Shown: positions 37,828-47,426, numbered from the stretch's first letter. The stretch is 64,000 nt of DNA from an uncultured Actinomycetota bacterium (GCA_963800325.1 CAWDAQ010000002.1:228638-292637), one strand, 5' to 3'. The notes: generated by a model not told the origin, from the letters alone. Numbers and translations are program-made.

Positions 37828-38670
37828 ATGACGAGCGAGATCCCGACCCACGAGCTCAACGACTCCACCCGCATCCCCGCGATCGGGTTCGGCACCCACC
37901 CGCTCCGCGGCGAGGACGGCGTCTCGGCCATGGTGAGCGCCCTCGAGGCGGGTTACCGCTACCTCGACAGCGCCGTCAACTACGAGAACGAGGAGGAGGT
38001 CGGCGAGGCCGTCCGCCGCAGCGGGCTCGACCGCGACGAGGTGGCCGTCGCGACGAAGATCCCCGGCCGGTTCCACGCCCACGACCTCGCGGTCAACTCC
38101 GTGGAGGACTCCCTGCGCCGGATGCGGCTGGACCACCTCGACGTCTGCCTCATCCACTGGCCGAACCCGAGCGTGGGGCTGTTCACCGAGGCCTGGCAGG
38201 CCCTGGTCGACGTCCGCGAGCGGGGCATGGTCCGCACCATCGGGGTCAGCAACTTCACCGAGCGCCACCTGGAGACGGTCATCGAGGCCACCGGCGTCAC
38301 GCCCGCGGTCAACCAGATCGAGCTGCACCCGCTGTTCCCGCAGGAGGAGATGCGCGCCGTCCACGACCGACTCGGCATCCGCACCCAGTCCTGGAGCCCG
38401 CTCGGCAAGCGCAGCGCCCCCTTCGCGGAGGAGCCGGTCGCCGCGGCGGCCGCCGCCCACGACGTCACCCCCGGCCAGGCGATCCTGCGCTGGCAGGTCC
38501 AGCTCGGCTCGGTGCCGCTGCCGAAGTCCGCGACCCCGGAGCGCCAGCGAGAGAACCTCGACGTCTTCGGCTTCGAGCTCACGGCCGCCGAGATGGACGC
38601 GATCTCGGGGCTCGGCCGTCCGGACGGGCGCCTGTTCGGCGGGGACCCGGAGACCCACGAGGAGATGTGA
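37828..38670 (+). CDS. Aldo/keto reductase (2,5-diketo-D-gluconate reductase-like)
   Basis: 280 aa with IPAIGFGT, YRYLDSAVNYENE, LIHWP, IGVSNF and NQIELHP. Confidence 0.9.
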   Translation: MTSEIPTHELNDSTRIPAIGFGTHPLRGEDGVSAMVSALEAGYRYLDSAVNYENEEEVGEAVRRSGLDRDEVAVATKIPGRFHAHDLAVNSVEDSLRRMRLDHLDVCLIHWPNPSVGLFTEAWQALVDVRERGMVRTIGVSNFTERHLETVIEATGVTPAVNQIELHPLFPQEEMRAVHDRLGIRTQSWSPLGKRSAPFAEEPVAAAAAAHDVTPGQAILRWQVQLGSVPLPKSATPERQRENLDVFGFELTAAEMDAISGLGRPDGRLFGGDPETHEEM

Positions 38671-38712
38671 CCCTCCCCCGGGTCCTGCCCGGGAGGAGCC
38701 TCCACGTTCCCT

Positions 38713-38760
38713 GTGACCATTCCGTGGCCTAGTGCGTTATCGACTCGTGACCATTAGGGT
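38713..38760 (+). promoter_or_regulatory. fdhA promoter region: direct repeats GTGACCATT x2 and a -10 TAGGGT
   Basis: GTGACCATT occurs at 38713-38721 and 38747-38755. TAGGGT is at 38755-38760, in a locally AT-richer pocket about 75 nt upstream of ATG 38835. Confidence 0.4.
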
Positions 38761-38834
38761 CGAAGCAGGTGGGGGGCACGACCCCGAGCCTCCGACCCCG
38801 AGAGACGCACGGGGGAACGACACAGGGAGAACCG

Positions 38835-40061
38835 ATGGCGAGCAACAAGGCGGTTGCATACGAGGGGCCGGGCAAGGTCGGGATCATCGAGACCGACTAC
38901 CCCGACTTCGTCCTCAAGGACGGCCCGGGAGTCAATCCCGACAACGTGGGCCGCGAGTGTCACCACGGGGTGATCCTCCGCACGGTCGCGACGAACATCT
39001 GCGGCTCCGACCAGCACATGGTGCGCGGGCGCACGACGGCACCCGAGGGGCTGGTGCTCGGGCACGAGATCACCGGCGAGGTCGTCGAGGTCGGCCGGGA
39101 CGTGGAGTTCATCAAGGAGGGCGACCTGGTCTCCGTCCCCTTCAACATCGCCTGCGGGCGCTGCCGCAACTGCAAGGAGGGCAAGACCGGGATCTGTCTC
39201 AACGTCAACCCCGACCGCCCGGGGTCGGCCTACGGCTACGTCGACATGGGTGGCTGGGTCGGCGGGCAGGCCGAGTACGTCATGGTCCCCTACGCGGACT
39301 GGAACCTGCTGAAGTTCCCCGACAGGGACCAGGCGCTCGAGAAGATCATGGACCTGACCATGCTCTCCGACATCTTCCCCACCGGCTTCCACGGCTGCGT
39401 GACCGCGGGGGTGGGCGTCGGGTCGACCGTGTACGTCGCCGGCGCGGGCCCGGTCGGGCTCGCGGCCGCCGCGAGCGCCCAGCTCCTCGGCGCGGCGGTC
39501 GTCATCGTCGGCGACCTCCAGGAGGACCGGCTCGCCCAGGCCCGCAGCTTCGGCTGCGAGACGGTCGACGTCTCCAAGGCCGACGTCGGGGACCAGATCG
39601 AGCAGATCCTCGGCACCCCCGAGGTGGACTGCGGCGTCGACGCCGTCGGGTTCGAGGCCCGCGGCCACGGCGCGCAGGCGGGTACCGAGATGCCGGCGAC
39701 CGTGCTCAACTCGCTGATGACGATCACCCGGGCCGGGGGCGGCCTCGGCATCCCCGGGCTCTACGTCACCGGGGACCCGGGGGCGGCCGACGACGCCGCG
39801 AAGGAGGGGTCGCTCTCGATCCGGCTCGGGCTCGGCTGGGCCAAGTCGCTGCACTTCATGACCGGCCAGTGCCCGGTGATGAAGTACCACCGCGGCCTGA
39901 TGATGGCGATCCTCCACGACCGGGTCCACATCGCCGACGCGGTGAACGCCACGGCGATCCCGCTCACCGAGGCGCCGCGGGGCTACGCCGAGTTCGACGC
40001 CGGCGCGGCCCAGAAGTACGTGCTCAACCCCAACGGCTACCTCGACAAGGTGGCCGGCTGA
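38835..40061 (+). CDS. fdhA: Glutathione-independent formaldehyde dehydrogenase (Zn-dependent MDR family)
   Basis: N-terminus is MASNKAVAYEGPGKV. Zn motifs are present (CGSDQH, GHEITGEV, CGRCRNCKEGKTGIC) along with a Rossmann motif (AGAGPVG). The SD is GGGAGA. Confidence 0.85.
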   Translation: MASNKAVAYEGPGKVGIIETDYPDFVLKDGPGVNPDNVGRECHHGVILRTVATNICGSDQHMVRGRTTAPEGLVLGHEITGEVVEVGRDVEFIKEGDLVSVPFNIACGRCRNCKEGKTGICLNVNPDRPGSAYGYVDMGGWVGGQAEYVMVPYADWNLLKFPDRDQALEKIMDLTMLSDIFPTGFHGCVTAGVGVGSTVYVAGAGPVGLAAAASAQLLGAAVVIVGDLQEDRLAQARSFGCETVDVSKADVGDQIEQILGTPEVDCGVDAVGFEARGHGAQAGTEMPATVLNSLMTITRAGGGLGIPGLYVTGDPGAADDAAKEGSLSIRLGLGWAKSLHFMTGQCPVMKYHRGLMMAILHDRVHIADAVNATAIPLTEAPRGYAEFDAGAAQKYVLNPNGYLDKVAG

Positions 40062-40079
40062 GCACGGCGTAGGTCCCCC

Positions 40080-40113
40080 GGTGCGCCGGTGGCCTCCGGG
40101 CCGCCGGCGCACC
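40080..40113. terminator. 10-bp hairpin between convergent fdhA and yciO
   Basis: GGTGCGCCGG pairs with CCGGCGCACC across a 14-nt loop. Confidence 0.45.
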
Positions 40114-40116
40114 GTC

Positions 40117-40737
40117 CTACTCGAAGGGGCTGGGGTCCCCCGCGCCGTAGCGCTCGATGACCGGCTCGTCCCCGGAGAAGTCGACGACCGTCGTGGGCTC
40201 GACACCGGTCTCGCCGGCGTCGAGGACGGCGTCGACCTGGTGGTCGAGCCGCTCCTTGATCTCCCAGCCGTCGGTCATCGGGTCCTCGTCGCCGGGGAGC
40301 AGCAGCGTGCTCGACAGGATCGGCTCGCCGAGCTCGGCGAGCAGGGCCTGGACGACCTTGTGGTCGGGGATGCGCACGCCGACGGTCTTCTTCTTCGGGT
40401 GCAGGAGGCGCCGCGGGACCTCCTTGGTCGCGGGCAGGATGAAGGTGTAGCTGCCGGGCGTCGCGGCCTTGACCGCGCGGAAGACCCGGTTGTCGAGCAG
40501 GACGAACTGACCGAGCTGGGCGAAGTCCCTGCAGACGAGCGTGTAGTGGTGCTTGTCGTCGAGCCGCCGCAGGTCACGGATGCGGTCCTTGACCGACTGG
40601 TTGCCCAGCTGCCCGCCGAGCGCGAAGCACGAGTCGGTGGGGTAGGCGATCAGGCCACCGTCGCGGATGATCTGGACGGCCTGTCGGATCGAGCGCGGCT
40701 GCGGGTCCACCGGGTGCACGTCGAAGTACCTCGCCAT
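40117..40737 (-). CDS. yciO: YrdC/YciO-family (L-threonylcarbamoyladenylate synthase-like) protein
   Basis: 206 aa with IAYPTDSCFALG, TFILPAT and RIPDH blocks. Confidence 0.8.
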   Translation of the reverse strand: MARYFDVHPVDPQPRSIRQAVQIIRDGGLIAYPTDSCFALGGQLGNQSVKDRIRDLRRLDDKHHYTLVCRDFAQLGQFVLLDNRVFRAVKAATPGSYTFILPATKEVPRRLLHPKKKTVGVRIPDHKVVQALLAELGEPILSSTLLLPGDEDPMTDGWEIKERLDHQVDAVLDAGETGVEPTTVVDFSGDEPVIERYGAGDPSPFE

Positions 40738-40743
40738 GACCCA

Positions 40744-40749
40744 ACCCTA
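40744..40749 (-). promoter_or_regulatory. -10 box TAGGGT overlapping the osmC stop codon, for leaderless yciO
   Basis: On the minus strand TAGGGT begins with the osmC TAG stop and ends 6 nt before ATG 40737. Confidence 0.4.
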
Positions 40750-41256
40750 GGGGGAGACGCCCCGGTCGCGCCCACCGGAGACGACGCTGCGGATCGGGGT
40801 GCCGACCTCGACGGTCCGCGAGACCGTGCAGAGCCGGTCGTGCGAGCGCTGAACCGCCCTCGGCAGCATCTCGCGCGCCCGGTCCCCCGCCTCGCCGTCG
40901 GGGAAGGCGACCCGGAACTCGACCTCGAGCCCGGAGAGCAGGTTGCCCTGCTCGTCGCTGCGCACCTTCTCGCCGGAGCACGTGAGCACCATCTCCTCGG
41001 GCACGGCCCGGCGGCTCGTGATGTGGTCGACGTCGGTCGCGGTGCACCCGGCGATCGCCGCGAGCAGCAGCTCGACGGGGGTGAAGTCGGCGGTCGTGCC
41101 GCCGCCGCCGATCGTCATCGTCCCGCCTCGGGGGTTGGTCACCTCGTAGGTCCCCAGCCCCACCCGGCGCAGCGAGACCTCGCGGTGCCCGGTGCCGCTG
41201 CCGCCCGTCTGCGGGGTGCTGCCCTGCGGGGTGCCGCTGTCGGCGGCGTCGCTCAT
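40747..41256 (-). CDS. osmC: OsmC-family peroxiredoxin-like protein
   Basis: ATG 41256 has an AGGAGGA SD. Two conserved Cys contexts are present (AIAGCTATD, HDRLCTVSRT). Confidence 0.8.
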   Translation of the reverse strand: MSDAADSGTPQGSTPQTGGSGTGHREVSLRRVGLGTYEVTNPRGGTMTIGGGGTTADFTPVELLLAAIAGCTATDVDHITSRRAVPEEMVLTCSGEKVRSDEQGNLLSGLEVEFRVAFPDGEAGDRAREMLPRAVQRSHDRLCTVSRTVEVGTPIRSVVSGGRDRGVSP

Positions 41257-41279
41257 GTCGTCCTCCTGGATGGGCCTTC

Positions 41280-41359
41280 GGGGGTCCGGGTGTCGGGGGT
41301 CCGGGTGTCGGGGGTCCGGGTGTCGGGGGTCCGGGTGTCGGGGGTCCGGGTGTCGGGGG
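41280..41359. repeat. Perfect tandem repeat (GGGGGTCCGGGTGTC) x5 plus a partial unit, 15-bp unit, G-rich on the + strand
   Basis: Five identical 15-bp units plus GGGGG read directly from the sequence. The array lies between the GCS2 stop (41403) and the osmC start (41256). Confidence 0.95.
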
Positions 41360-41402
41360 CTTGCTCGGTCGTCGCGTGCGGGCCGGGAGCTCCCCCCCGG
41401 CC

Positions 41403-42884
41403 TCACGGCATCGACCACGTGTGCACCGGCTCGTTGCTGTGCATGTGCTCGACGTAGGCCTCGAGCATGCTCCGCAGCGCGGTGATCCGGTCCTGGCCGC
41501 GGTCCTCGAAGTGGCGCACCGCCGCGGTCTGCCACGTGGCGCCGTTGACCCCGCTCGTGGCGCGGCCCTCGATGACGGCGAGGTAGCGGTCCCGCACCGC
41601 CGGGGAGACCCCCCACTCCTCGAGCCCGGCGTGGGCCAGCGGGAGCAGCCGGCGCAGCACGAGCTCGTCCGCGCCGACCTCACCCAGCCCCGGCCAGTAG
41701 AGCCGGGCGTCGATCCCGGCCCGGGCCGCCTCGTGGAAGTTGGCCTCGGCGGCGGCGAAGCTCATCTTCGTCCAGATCGGCCGGTCCTCCTCGGCGAGCT
41801 TGCGCACCACGCCGTAGTAGAACGCGGCGTTCGCGAGGACGTCGACGATCGTCGGCCCCGCCGGGAGCACCCGGTTCTCCACCCGGAGGTGCGGCGTGCC
41901 GCCGACGATGTCGTAGATCGGCCGGTTCCACCGGTAGACGGTGCCGTTGTGCAGCCGCAGCTCGGTCAGCTCGGGGGCCTGCCCCGCCTCGAGCTTGGCG
42001 ACCGGGTCCTCCTCGCTGAGCTCGGCGAGCAGCGAGGGGAAGTAGCGCACGTTCTCCTCGAACAGGTCGAAGATCGACGTGATCCACCGCTCCCCGAAGA
42101 ACACCCGGGGGCGCACGCCCTGGTTCTTCAGCTCGACCGGCCGGGTGTCGGTCGCCTGCGCGAACAGCTCGATCCGGGTCTCGGCGTGCAGCCGGCGGCC
42201 GAAGAAGAACGGCGAGTTCGCGGCGAGCGCGAGCTGCGGGGCGCTCAGGGCCTGGGCGGCGTTCCAGTGGGCCGCGAACGACTGCGGCGCGACCTGGAGG
42301 TGGAGCTGGACCGAGGTGCACGCCGACTCCGGGGCGATCGAGTCGCTGTAGGTCGACAGCCGCTCCCCCGTCGGCCCCTCGATGTCGAGGTGGATGTCCT
42401 CGCCGCGGGCGACGAAGATCGAGTCGTTGAGCGCGGAGTACCGGTTGTTGTTGCTGATCCACTCCCCCGAGAAGTGCTCGGGCAGGATCGTCGGGAGGAT
42501 CCCGATCGACACGATCCGGGACCCGAGGGGCCGGGCCCGCTTCTCGGCGACGTTGAGCGACTCGCGCAGGTCCCGCTCCAGGTCGAGCGCCGCGTCCCCG
42601 GGCAGCGGCCGGGGGCGGACGTTGAGCTCGATGTTGTACCGCGCGAGCTCGGTCTGGTAGTCCGGGTCGGCGATCGCGTCGAGGACCTCGGCGTTGTCGA
42701 AGTGCGGCTGGTAGTCCTCGTCGACGAGGTTGAGCTCGATCTCGAGACCGGTCATCGGCCGCTCGAACTCGAACTGGCTCGTGGCGAGCATCCGCTCGAA
42801 GACGTCCAGGTCCTGGCGCACCTTCTCCCGGTAGCGCTGGCGCTCCTCGCGGCTCCAGCTCTGGGCCCTGGTCTCGCTCCCCAT
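41403..42884 (-). CDS. Glutamate-cysteine ligase family 2 (GCS2) carboxylate-amine ligase
   Basis: 493 aa with TGLEIELNLVD and NIELNV blocks typical of GCS2. ATG 42884 has a GGGAGA SD. Confidence 0.75.
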   Translation of the reverse strand: MGSETRAQSWSREERQRYREKVRQDLDVFERMLATSQFEFERPMTGLEIELNLVDEDYQPHFDNAEVLDAIADPDYQTELARYNIELNVRPRPLPGDAALDLERDLRESLNVAEKRARPLGSRIVSIGILPTILPEHFSGEWISNNNRYSALNDSIFVARGEDIHLDIEGPTGERLSTYSDSIAPESACTSVQLHLQVAPQSFAAHWNAAQALSAPQLALAANSPFFFGRRLHAETRIELFAQATDTRPVELKNQGVRPRVFFGERWITSIFDLFEENVRYFPSLLAELSEEDPVAKLEAGQAPELTELRLHNGTVYRWNRPIYDIVGGTPHLRVENRVLPAGPTIVDVLANAAFYYGVVRKLAEEDRPIWTKMSFAAAEANFHEAARAGIDARLYWPGLGEVGADELVLRRLLPLAHAGLEEWGVSPAVRDRYLAVIEGRATSGVNGATWQTAAVRHFEDRGQDRITALRSMLEAYVEHMHSNEPVHTWSMP

Positions 42885-43038
42885 GGCGCGGTCTCCCGTC
42901 CGATCACGGCTGCGCGTGGCCGCTGGTGGGACGACCCAACCACACGACACGTCGGGATGCCACCGCCTCCGCGCGGGTGACCCCGGGCCGGCTGCCGGGT
43001 CACCGGCGCGCGTCCCCGGGACTGTCGCCGCCTGCTCC

Positions 43039-43044
43039 TACGGT
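43039..43044 (+). promoter_or_regulatory. -10 box TACGGT for leaderless sbcD
   Basis: It ends 6 nt before GTG 43051. Confidence 0.4.
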
Positions 43045-43050
43045 GGGGGC

Positions 43051-44250
43051 GTGCGGCTGATCCACACCTCCGACTGGCACCTCGGGCGGTCGTTCCACCA
43101 CGTGGGACTGCTCGGGGCCCAGGCCCGGGTCCTGGACCACCTCGTCGAGACCGCCCGTGCCGAGCGGGTCGACGCGGTGCTCGTCAGCGGTGACGTCTAC
43201 GACCGCGCCCTGCCCCCTCCCGACGCCGTGGAGCTGCTGTCGCAGACCCTGGAGCGGCTCGTGGACGCCGGGGTCGGCGTCGTCCTCTCCAGCGGCAACC
43301 ACGACTCCGCGATCCGGCTCGGGTTCGCCTCGGGGCTCCTGGCCCGGGCCGGGGTGCACGTGCGCAGCAGCCTCGCCGGCATCGGCACCCCGGTGCCCGT
43401 CGGCGACGGGGTCGTCCACCCCATCCCCTACCTCGAGCCGTCGCTCGCCGCCGGCCCGCTCGGCTGTGAGGACCGCACCCACGCCGGGGTGCTCCGCTCG
43501 GCGATGGGGCGGGTCGCCACCGACCTCGCCCCGCGCCGCGGCCCGAGCGTCGTCATGGCGCACGCGTTCGTGACCGGGGGCGCCGGGAGCGACTCCGAGC
43601 GGGACATCAGCGTCGGCGGGGCCAGCGCCGTGCCGCCCGGGGTGTTCGCCGCCGCCGACTACGCCGCGCTCGGTCACCTCCACGGCCGGCAGCAGGTCGC
43701 CGACACCGTCCGCTACAGCGGCTCCCCCGTCGCGATGTCCTTCAGCGAGCACCGCCACACCAAGGGCTCCCTCCTCGTCGACGTCGGCGGTGACGGCACG
43801 GTGCGCGTCGAGCCGGTCGAGGCGCCGGTCGAGCGGCCGCTGGCCGTGCTCCGGGGCGAGCTGGAGGACCTGCTCGCCGACGAGCGGCACGCCGCGGCGG
43901 AGCGGGCGTGGTGCCAGGTCGTCCTCACCGACCCCGTCCGGCCCCTCGGCGCGATGGACCGGGTGCGGGCGCGGTTCCCCCACACCCTCTCGCTCCAGTT
44001 CGACCCGCAGGGGGCACCGACCCCGGTGCGCAGCTACGCCTCCCGGGTCACGGCGCGCGACGAGGTGGACGTCTGCTGCGACTTCCTCGGCCACGTCCGC
44101 GGCGGCACCGCGGCGAGCGAGGAGGAGCACGGCCTCCTCACCGAGGCCGTCGAGGCCGTCCGGGTCGCCGGTGGCGGGAAGCGCGGGGCCGCCGGTGGCG
44201 AGGAGGGCCGGGCCGCCGGCTCCCCGGAGCGCGGCGAGGGGGCGGCGTGA
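43051..44250 (+). CDS. sbcD: Exonuclease SbcCD, nuclease subunit D
   Basis: Calcineurin-like phosphoesterase motifs are present (HTSDWHLG, SGDVYD, GNHD, GHLH). Confidence 0.9.
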   Translation: MRLIHTSDWHLGRSFHHVGLLGAQARVLDHLVETARAERVDAVLVSGDVYDRALPPPDAVELLSQTLERLVDAGVGVVLSSGNHDSAIRLGFASGLLARAGVHVRSSLAGIGTPVPVGDGVVHPIPYLEPSLAAGPLGCEDRTHAGVLRSAMGRVATDLAPRRGPSVVMAHAFVTGGAGSDSERDISVGGASAVPPGVFAAADYAALGHLHGRQQVADTVRYSGSPVAMSFSEHRHTKGSLLVDVGGDGTVRVEPVEAPVERPLAVLRGELEDLLADERHAAAERAWCQVVLTDPVRPLGAMDRVRARFPHTLSLQFDPQGAPTPVRSYASRVTARDEVDVCCDFLGHVRGGTAASEEEHGLLTEAVEAVRVAGGGKRGAAGGEEGRAAGSPERGEGAA

Positions 44251-47200
44251 GGCTGCACCACCTCGAGGTGACGGCGTTCGGGCCGTTCCCCGGAACCGAG
44301 CGCGTCGACTTCGACGACGTCGCCCGCGCCGGGCTGTTCCTCGTCCACGGCCCGACCGGGGCCGGCAAGACGACGCTGCTGGACGCCGTCTGCTTCGCCC
44401 TGTTCGCGGCCACCCCCGGCGCCCGACCGGGGGGCCGGGCGCTGCGCAGCGACCACGCCCCCCGGGACGCCGTCCCCACCGTCCGGCTCGAGCTCACCGC
44501 CGCGGCGCGGCGGCTGCGGCTCACCCGCTCGCCGGAGTTCCGGCGCCCGAAGAAGCGCGGCGCCGGCGAGACCACCTCGCCCGCCACCGTCGCCCTCGAG
44601 GAGTGGCGCGGCGGGGGCTGGCACGTGCTCAGCACGCGCAACGACGAGGTCGCCGAGGTCGTCGACGACGTCCTCGGCATGGGACTCGCCCAGTTCGCCC
44701 GCGTCGTCCTCCTCCCCCAGGGCGACTTCGCCGCGTTCCTGCGGACGACGGCCGAGGAGCGGCGCCGCCTGCTCGAGCGGCTCTTCGACGTCTCCGACTT
44801 CACCGCCCTCGAGCACTGGTTCGCCGAGGAGCGGCGGGCGGCGAGCCGCGCCGCGGACGTCGCCCGCGGGCAGGTGGCGACCGGGCTCGCCCGATTCCGC
44901 GACGTCCTCGCGGGAGTCGACGCCCCCGGCCTCGAGCTCGCCGCGGCTCCGGGTGGGGGCCCCGGCGGGGGCCCCGGGGACGGTCCGCCGCAGGACCCCG
45001 AGGCCCTGACCGGGCAGGTCGAGGCCTCCGTCGCCGCCCTGGAGTCGGTCCTCGCCGAGCGGCTCGCCGAGCTCGACGCCGCCCAGGGTGGCGAGCGTAC
45101 CGCCGCCGCGACCGCGGAGCGCGCCCGGACGACCGCCGAACGCCGCCGCCGTGGGCTCACCGCCCGGGAGCGGCTCGTCGAGCTGGAGGCCCGGGCAGAG
45201 CAAGTCCGCTGTGACCGGTCCCGGGTCGAGGCGGCCGATCGCGCCGCCGGGGTCGGCGGCGAGCTCGCCGCGCTCGACCGGGCCCGCGCCGACCTCGACG
45301 GCGCCGCCGTCCGCGCCGCCACGGCCCGGGCGCACCTACCCGGGCTCGGTGAGAGCTCGGTCCCGGCGGCGCTGCTCGCGGACCTGGAACGCCACGACGA
45401 GCAGCTCGCCGACCTGCGCCGGCGCCGGGCGGCGGCACGGGTGCGGGCCGAGCGCGCGGCCGGGGCCCGGGAGGCCCTCGCCGCCGCGGCGACCGAGTCC
45501 GACCGGCTCACCGAGGAGCAGCGGCAGGTGGAGGCCGACGTCACCGGCGCCCGCAGCGACCTCACCGCCGCCCGGGAGGTGGCCGCGGACCTGCCGGCCG
45601 CGGAGTCCGCCGTCGCCGACCTCGCCGCCCGGCTCGCCCTCCGCTCCGAGGTCGACCGGCTCACCACGACGCTCGAGGAGGCCCGCGCGCGACTCCGGGA
45701 CGCCGTCGACACCGAGCAGGTGCGCCGCGACCGTGTCCTCGACCTGCGCGAGGCCCGGCTGGCCGATCTCGCCGGGCAGCTCGCCGAGCACCTCGCGGAC
45801 GGCGAGGCCTGCCCGGTCTGCGGCGCCCGCGAGCACCCGCAGCCGGCGGCGCCGGCGGGCGGCGCCACCGCGGAGGACGTCGCCGCGGCCGAGGACGCGC
45901 TCGGCCGTGCCGCGCAGGCCCGGGAGCGGTCCGCGACCGAGGTCGCCGGCGTCGAGGCCGAGCTGCGCGCCCGGACCGACGACCTCGGCCCCGAACGGCG
46001 CGACGCCGGCGCGCTCGCCGGCGCCCTCGCGACCGCCCGGGCCGCGCTCCGGCAGGCCCGGGACCGGGCCGCCGCCGCGGACGAGGCCGAACAGCGCCTC
46101 GCGCACGTCGAACGCCGGCGCGAGGAGCTCCGCGCGCTCGCCGAGGAGGTCCGGGCCAGGTCGGGGGCCCTCTCGGGCGTGCTCGACGAGCACGCCGACC
46201 TCGACCGGGAGGACACCGAGGCCGAGGCGTCCGTCCTCGCCACGCACGCCGACCGGTGCCCCTGCCGGGCGCTCCTCGGCGCCGGACCGGCCGGGCAGCT
46301 CGAGGCCCACGAGGACGCGGCCCGCTCGCTGCGCGACCTCGTCGACGCCGAGCGCCAGCACGAGGAGGCGCGGCGGCGGCAGGACCAGGCGGCAGCGGCC
46401 GCGGCGGAGGCGGCGACCACCCACGGCTTCCCCGACCTCGAGGCGGTCGAGCGCGCCGCGCTGCCCCGGGAGGAGCGCGAGCGGCTGCGGGCGGTCGTCG
46501 CCGACCACGACACCCGCGCCGACCGGGCCCGCGCCACCCTCGACGACCCGGACGTCGCCGCCGCCCTGGACGAGGACGAGCCGGACGTCGAGGCCGCGGA
46601 GCAGGCCGCGGCGTCCGCCCGGGCCGCGACCCTCCGGGCCGGCCGGTCGCACGCCGTCGTCGAGACCGCCGCCGCCGCCGCGGCCGGCGTGGCGGCGGAC
46701 GTCCGGGGCGCGTGCGCCGACCTCGGGCCGGCGGCCCGCCGGCAGGCCGCCGTCGCCGAGCTCGCCGACCTCGTCGCCGGCACGTCCCCGGCGAACACCT
46801 ACCGGATGCGGCTGTCCTCGTTCGTCCTCGCCGCCCGCCTCGAGCGGGTCGTCGAGATCGCCAACGAGCGGCTCGCGGTCCTCGGCGACGGCAGGTTCCA
46901 GCTGCTCCACGACGACGGTCCGGCCGCGCGCGGCGCCCGCAGCGGCCTCGGGCTCGCAGTCCGTGACCTGTGGACCGGCCGGACCCGGGACACCGCGACC
47001 CTGTCCGGGGGCGAGTCGTTCATGGCCTCGCTCGCCCTCGCGCTGGCCCTCGCCGACGCGGTCCGCGAGGAGTCCGGCGGCCTGGACCTGCAGACCCTGT
47101 TCGTCGACGAGGGGTTCGGCACGCTGGACGAGGAGAGCCTCGAGGAGGTCATGGGCGTGCTGGACTCCCTGCGCGACGGCGGTCGTGCGGTGGGGGTCGT

Positions 47201-47402
47201 CAGCCACGTCACCGACCTGCGCAGCCGGATCCCCAGCCGGGTCGCGGTCACCAAGACCCCCGCGGGGTCGACGGTGACCACCCGGACCGGCGGCATGCCC
47301 GACGACGTTCCCGACGAGGTGCCGGACGACGTGCCCGAGGGCCCGGTCGGCGACGTCGACGCTCGAGGCGCCCCCGGGACGCGGGCCCGGGTCGCCGGCT
47401 GA
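44247..47402 (+). CDS. sbcC: Exonuclease SbcCD, ATPase subunit C
   Basis: GTGA overlap with sbcD. Walker A is GPTGAGKTT. A long Ala/Arg/Glu coiled coil carries a CPVC zinc hook. The C-terminus has LSGGESF and LFVDEGFG. Confidence 0.9.
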   Translation: MRLHHLEVTAFGPFPGTERVDFDDVARAGLFLVHGPTGAGKTTLLDAVCFALFAATPGARPGGRALRSDHAPRDAVPTVRLELTAAARRLRLTRSPEFRRPKKRGAGETTSPATVALEEWRGGGWHVLSTRNDEVAEVVDDVLGMGLAQFARVVLLPQGDFAAFLRTTAEERRRLLERLFDVSDFTALEHWFAEERRAASRAADVARGQVATGLARFRDVLAGVDAPGLELAAAPGGGPGGGPGDGPPQDPEALTGQVEASVAALESVLAERLAELDAAQGGERTAAATAERARTTAERRRRGLTARERLVELEARAEQVRCDRSRVEAADRAAGVGGELAALDRARADLDGAAVRAATARAHLPGLGESSVPAALLADLERHDEQLADLRRRRAAARVRAERAAGAREALAAAATESDRLTEEQRQVEADVTGARSDLTAAREVAADLPAAESAVADLAARLALRSEVDRLTTTLEEARARLRDAVDTEQVRRDRVLDLREARLADLAGQLAEHLADGEACPVCGAREHPQPAAPAGGATAEDVAAAEDALGRAAQARERSATEVAGVEAELRARTDDLGPERRDAGALAGALATARAALRQARDRAAAADEAEQRLAHVERRREELRALAEEVRARSGALSGVLDEHADLDREDTEAEASVLATHADRCPCRALLGAGPAGQLEAHEDAARSLRDLVDAERQHEEARRRQDQAAAAAAEAATTHGFPDLEAVERAALPREERERLRAVVADHDTRADRARATLDDPDVAAALDEDEPDVEAAEQAAASARAATLRAGRSHAVVETAAAAAAGVAADVRGACADLGPAARRQAAVAELADLVAGTSPANTYRMRLSSFVLAARLERVVEIANERLAVLGDGRFQLLHDDGPAARGARSGLGLAVRDLWTGRTRDTATLSGGESFMASLALALALADAVREESGGLDLQTLFVDEGFGTLDEESLEEVMGVLDSLRDGGRAVGVVSHVTDLRSRIPSRVAVTKTPAGSTVTTRTGGMPDDVPDEVPDDVPEGPVGDVDARGAPGTRARVAG

Positions 47403-47426
47403 CCGGCGACCCGGGCGGCCGCGTCG

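Noticed and set aside
38769-38834. GTG 38769 as the fdhA start (22-aa N-terminal extension)
   Set aside because: The extension is Gly/Thr/Pro/Arg-rich. ATG 38835 has a GGGAGA SD, and MASNKAVAYEGPGKV aligns with the usual N-terminus of formaldehyde dehydrogenases.
41257-41616. N-terminal extension of the osmC ORF that translates the 15-bp repeat as (PRHPD)5
   Set aside because: The extension would overlap the 3' end of the GCS2 gene. The internal ATG 41256 has a strong AGGAGGA SD, and the OsmC fold begins there. The repeat is therefore treated as non-coding.
44138-46798. 886-aa minus-strand ORF and several other long ORFs inside sbcC
   Set aside because: These are Ser/Ala/Arg-rich shadow frames of the Ala/Glu/Arg coiled-coil coding region of sbcC.
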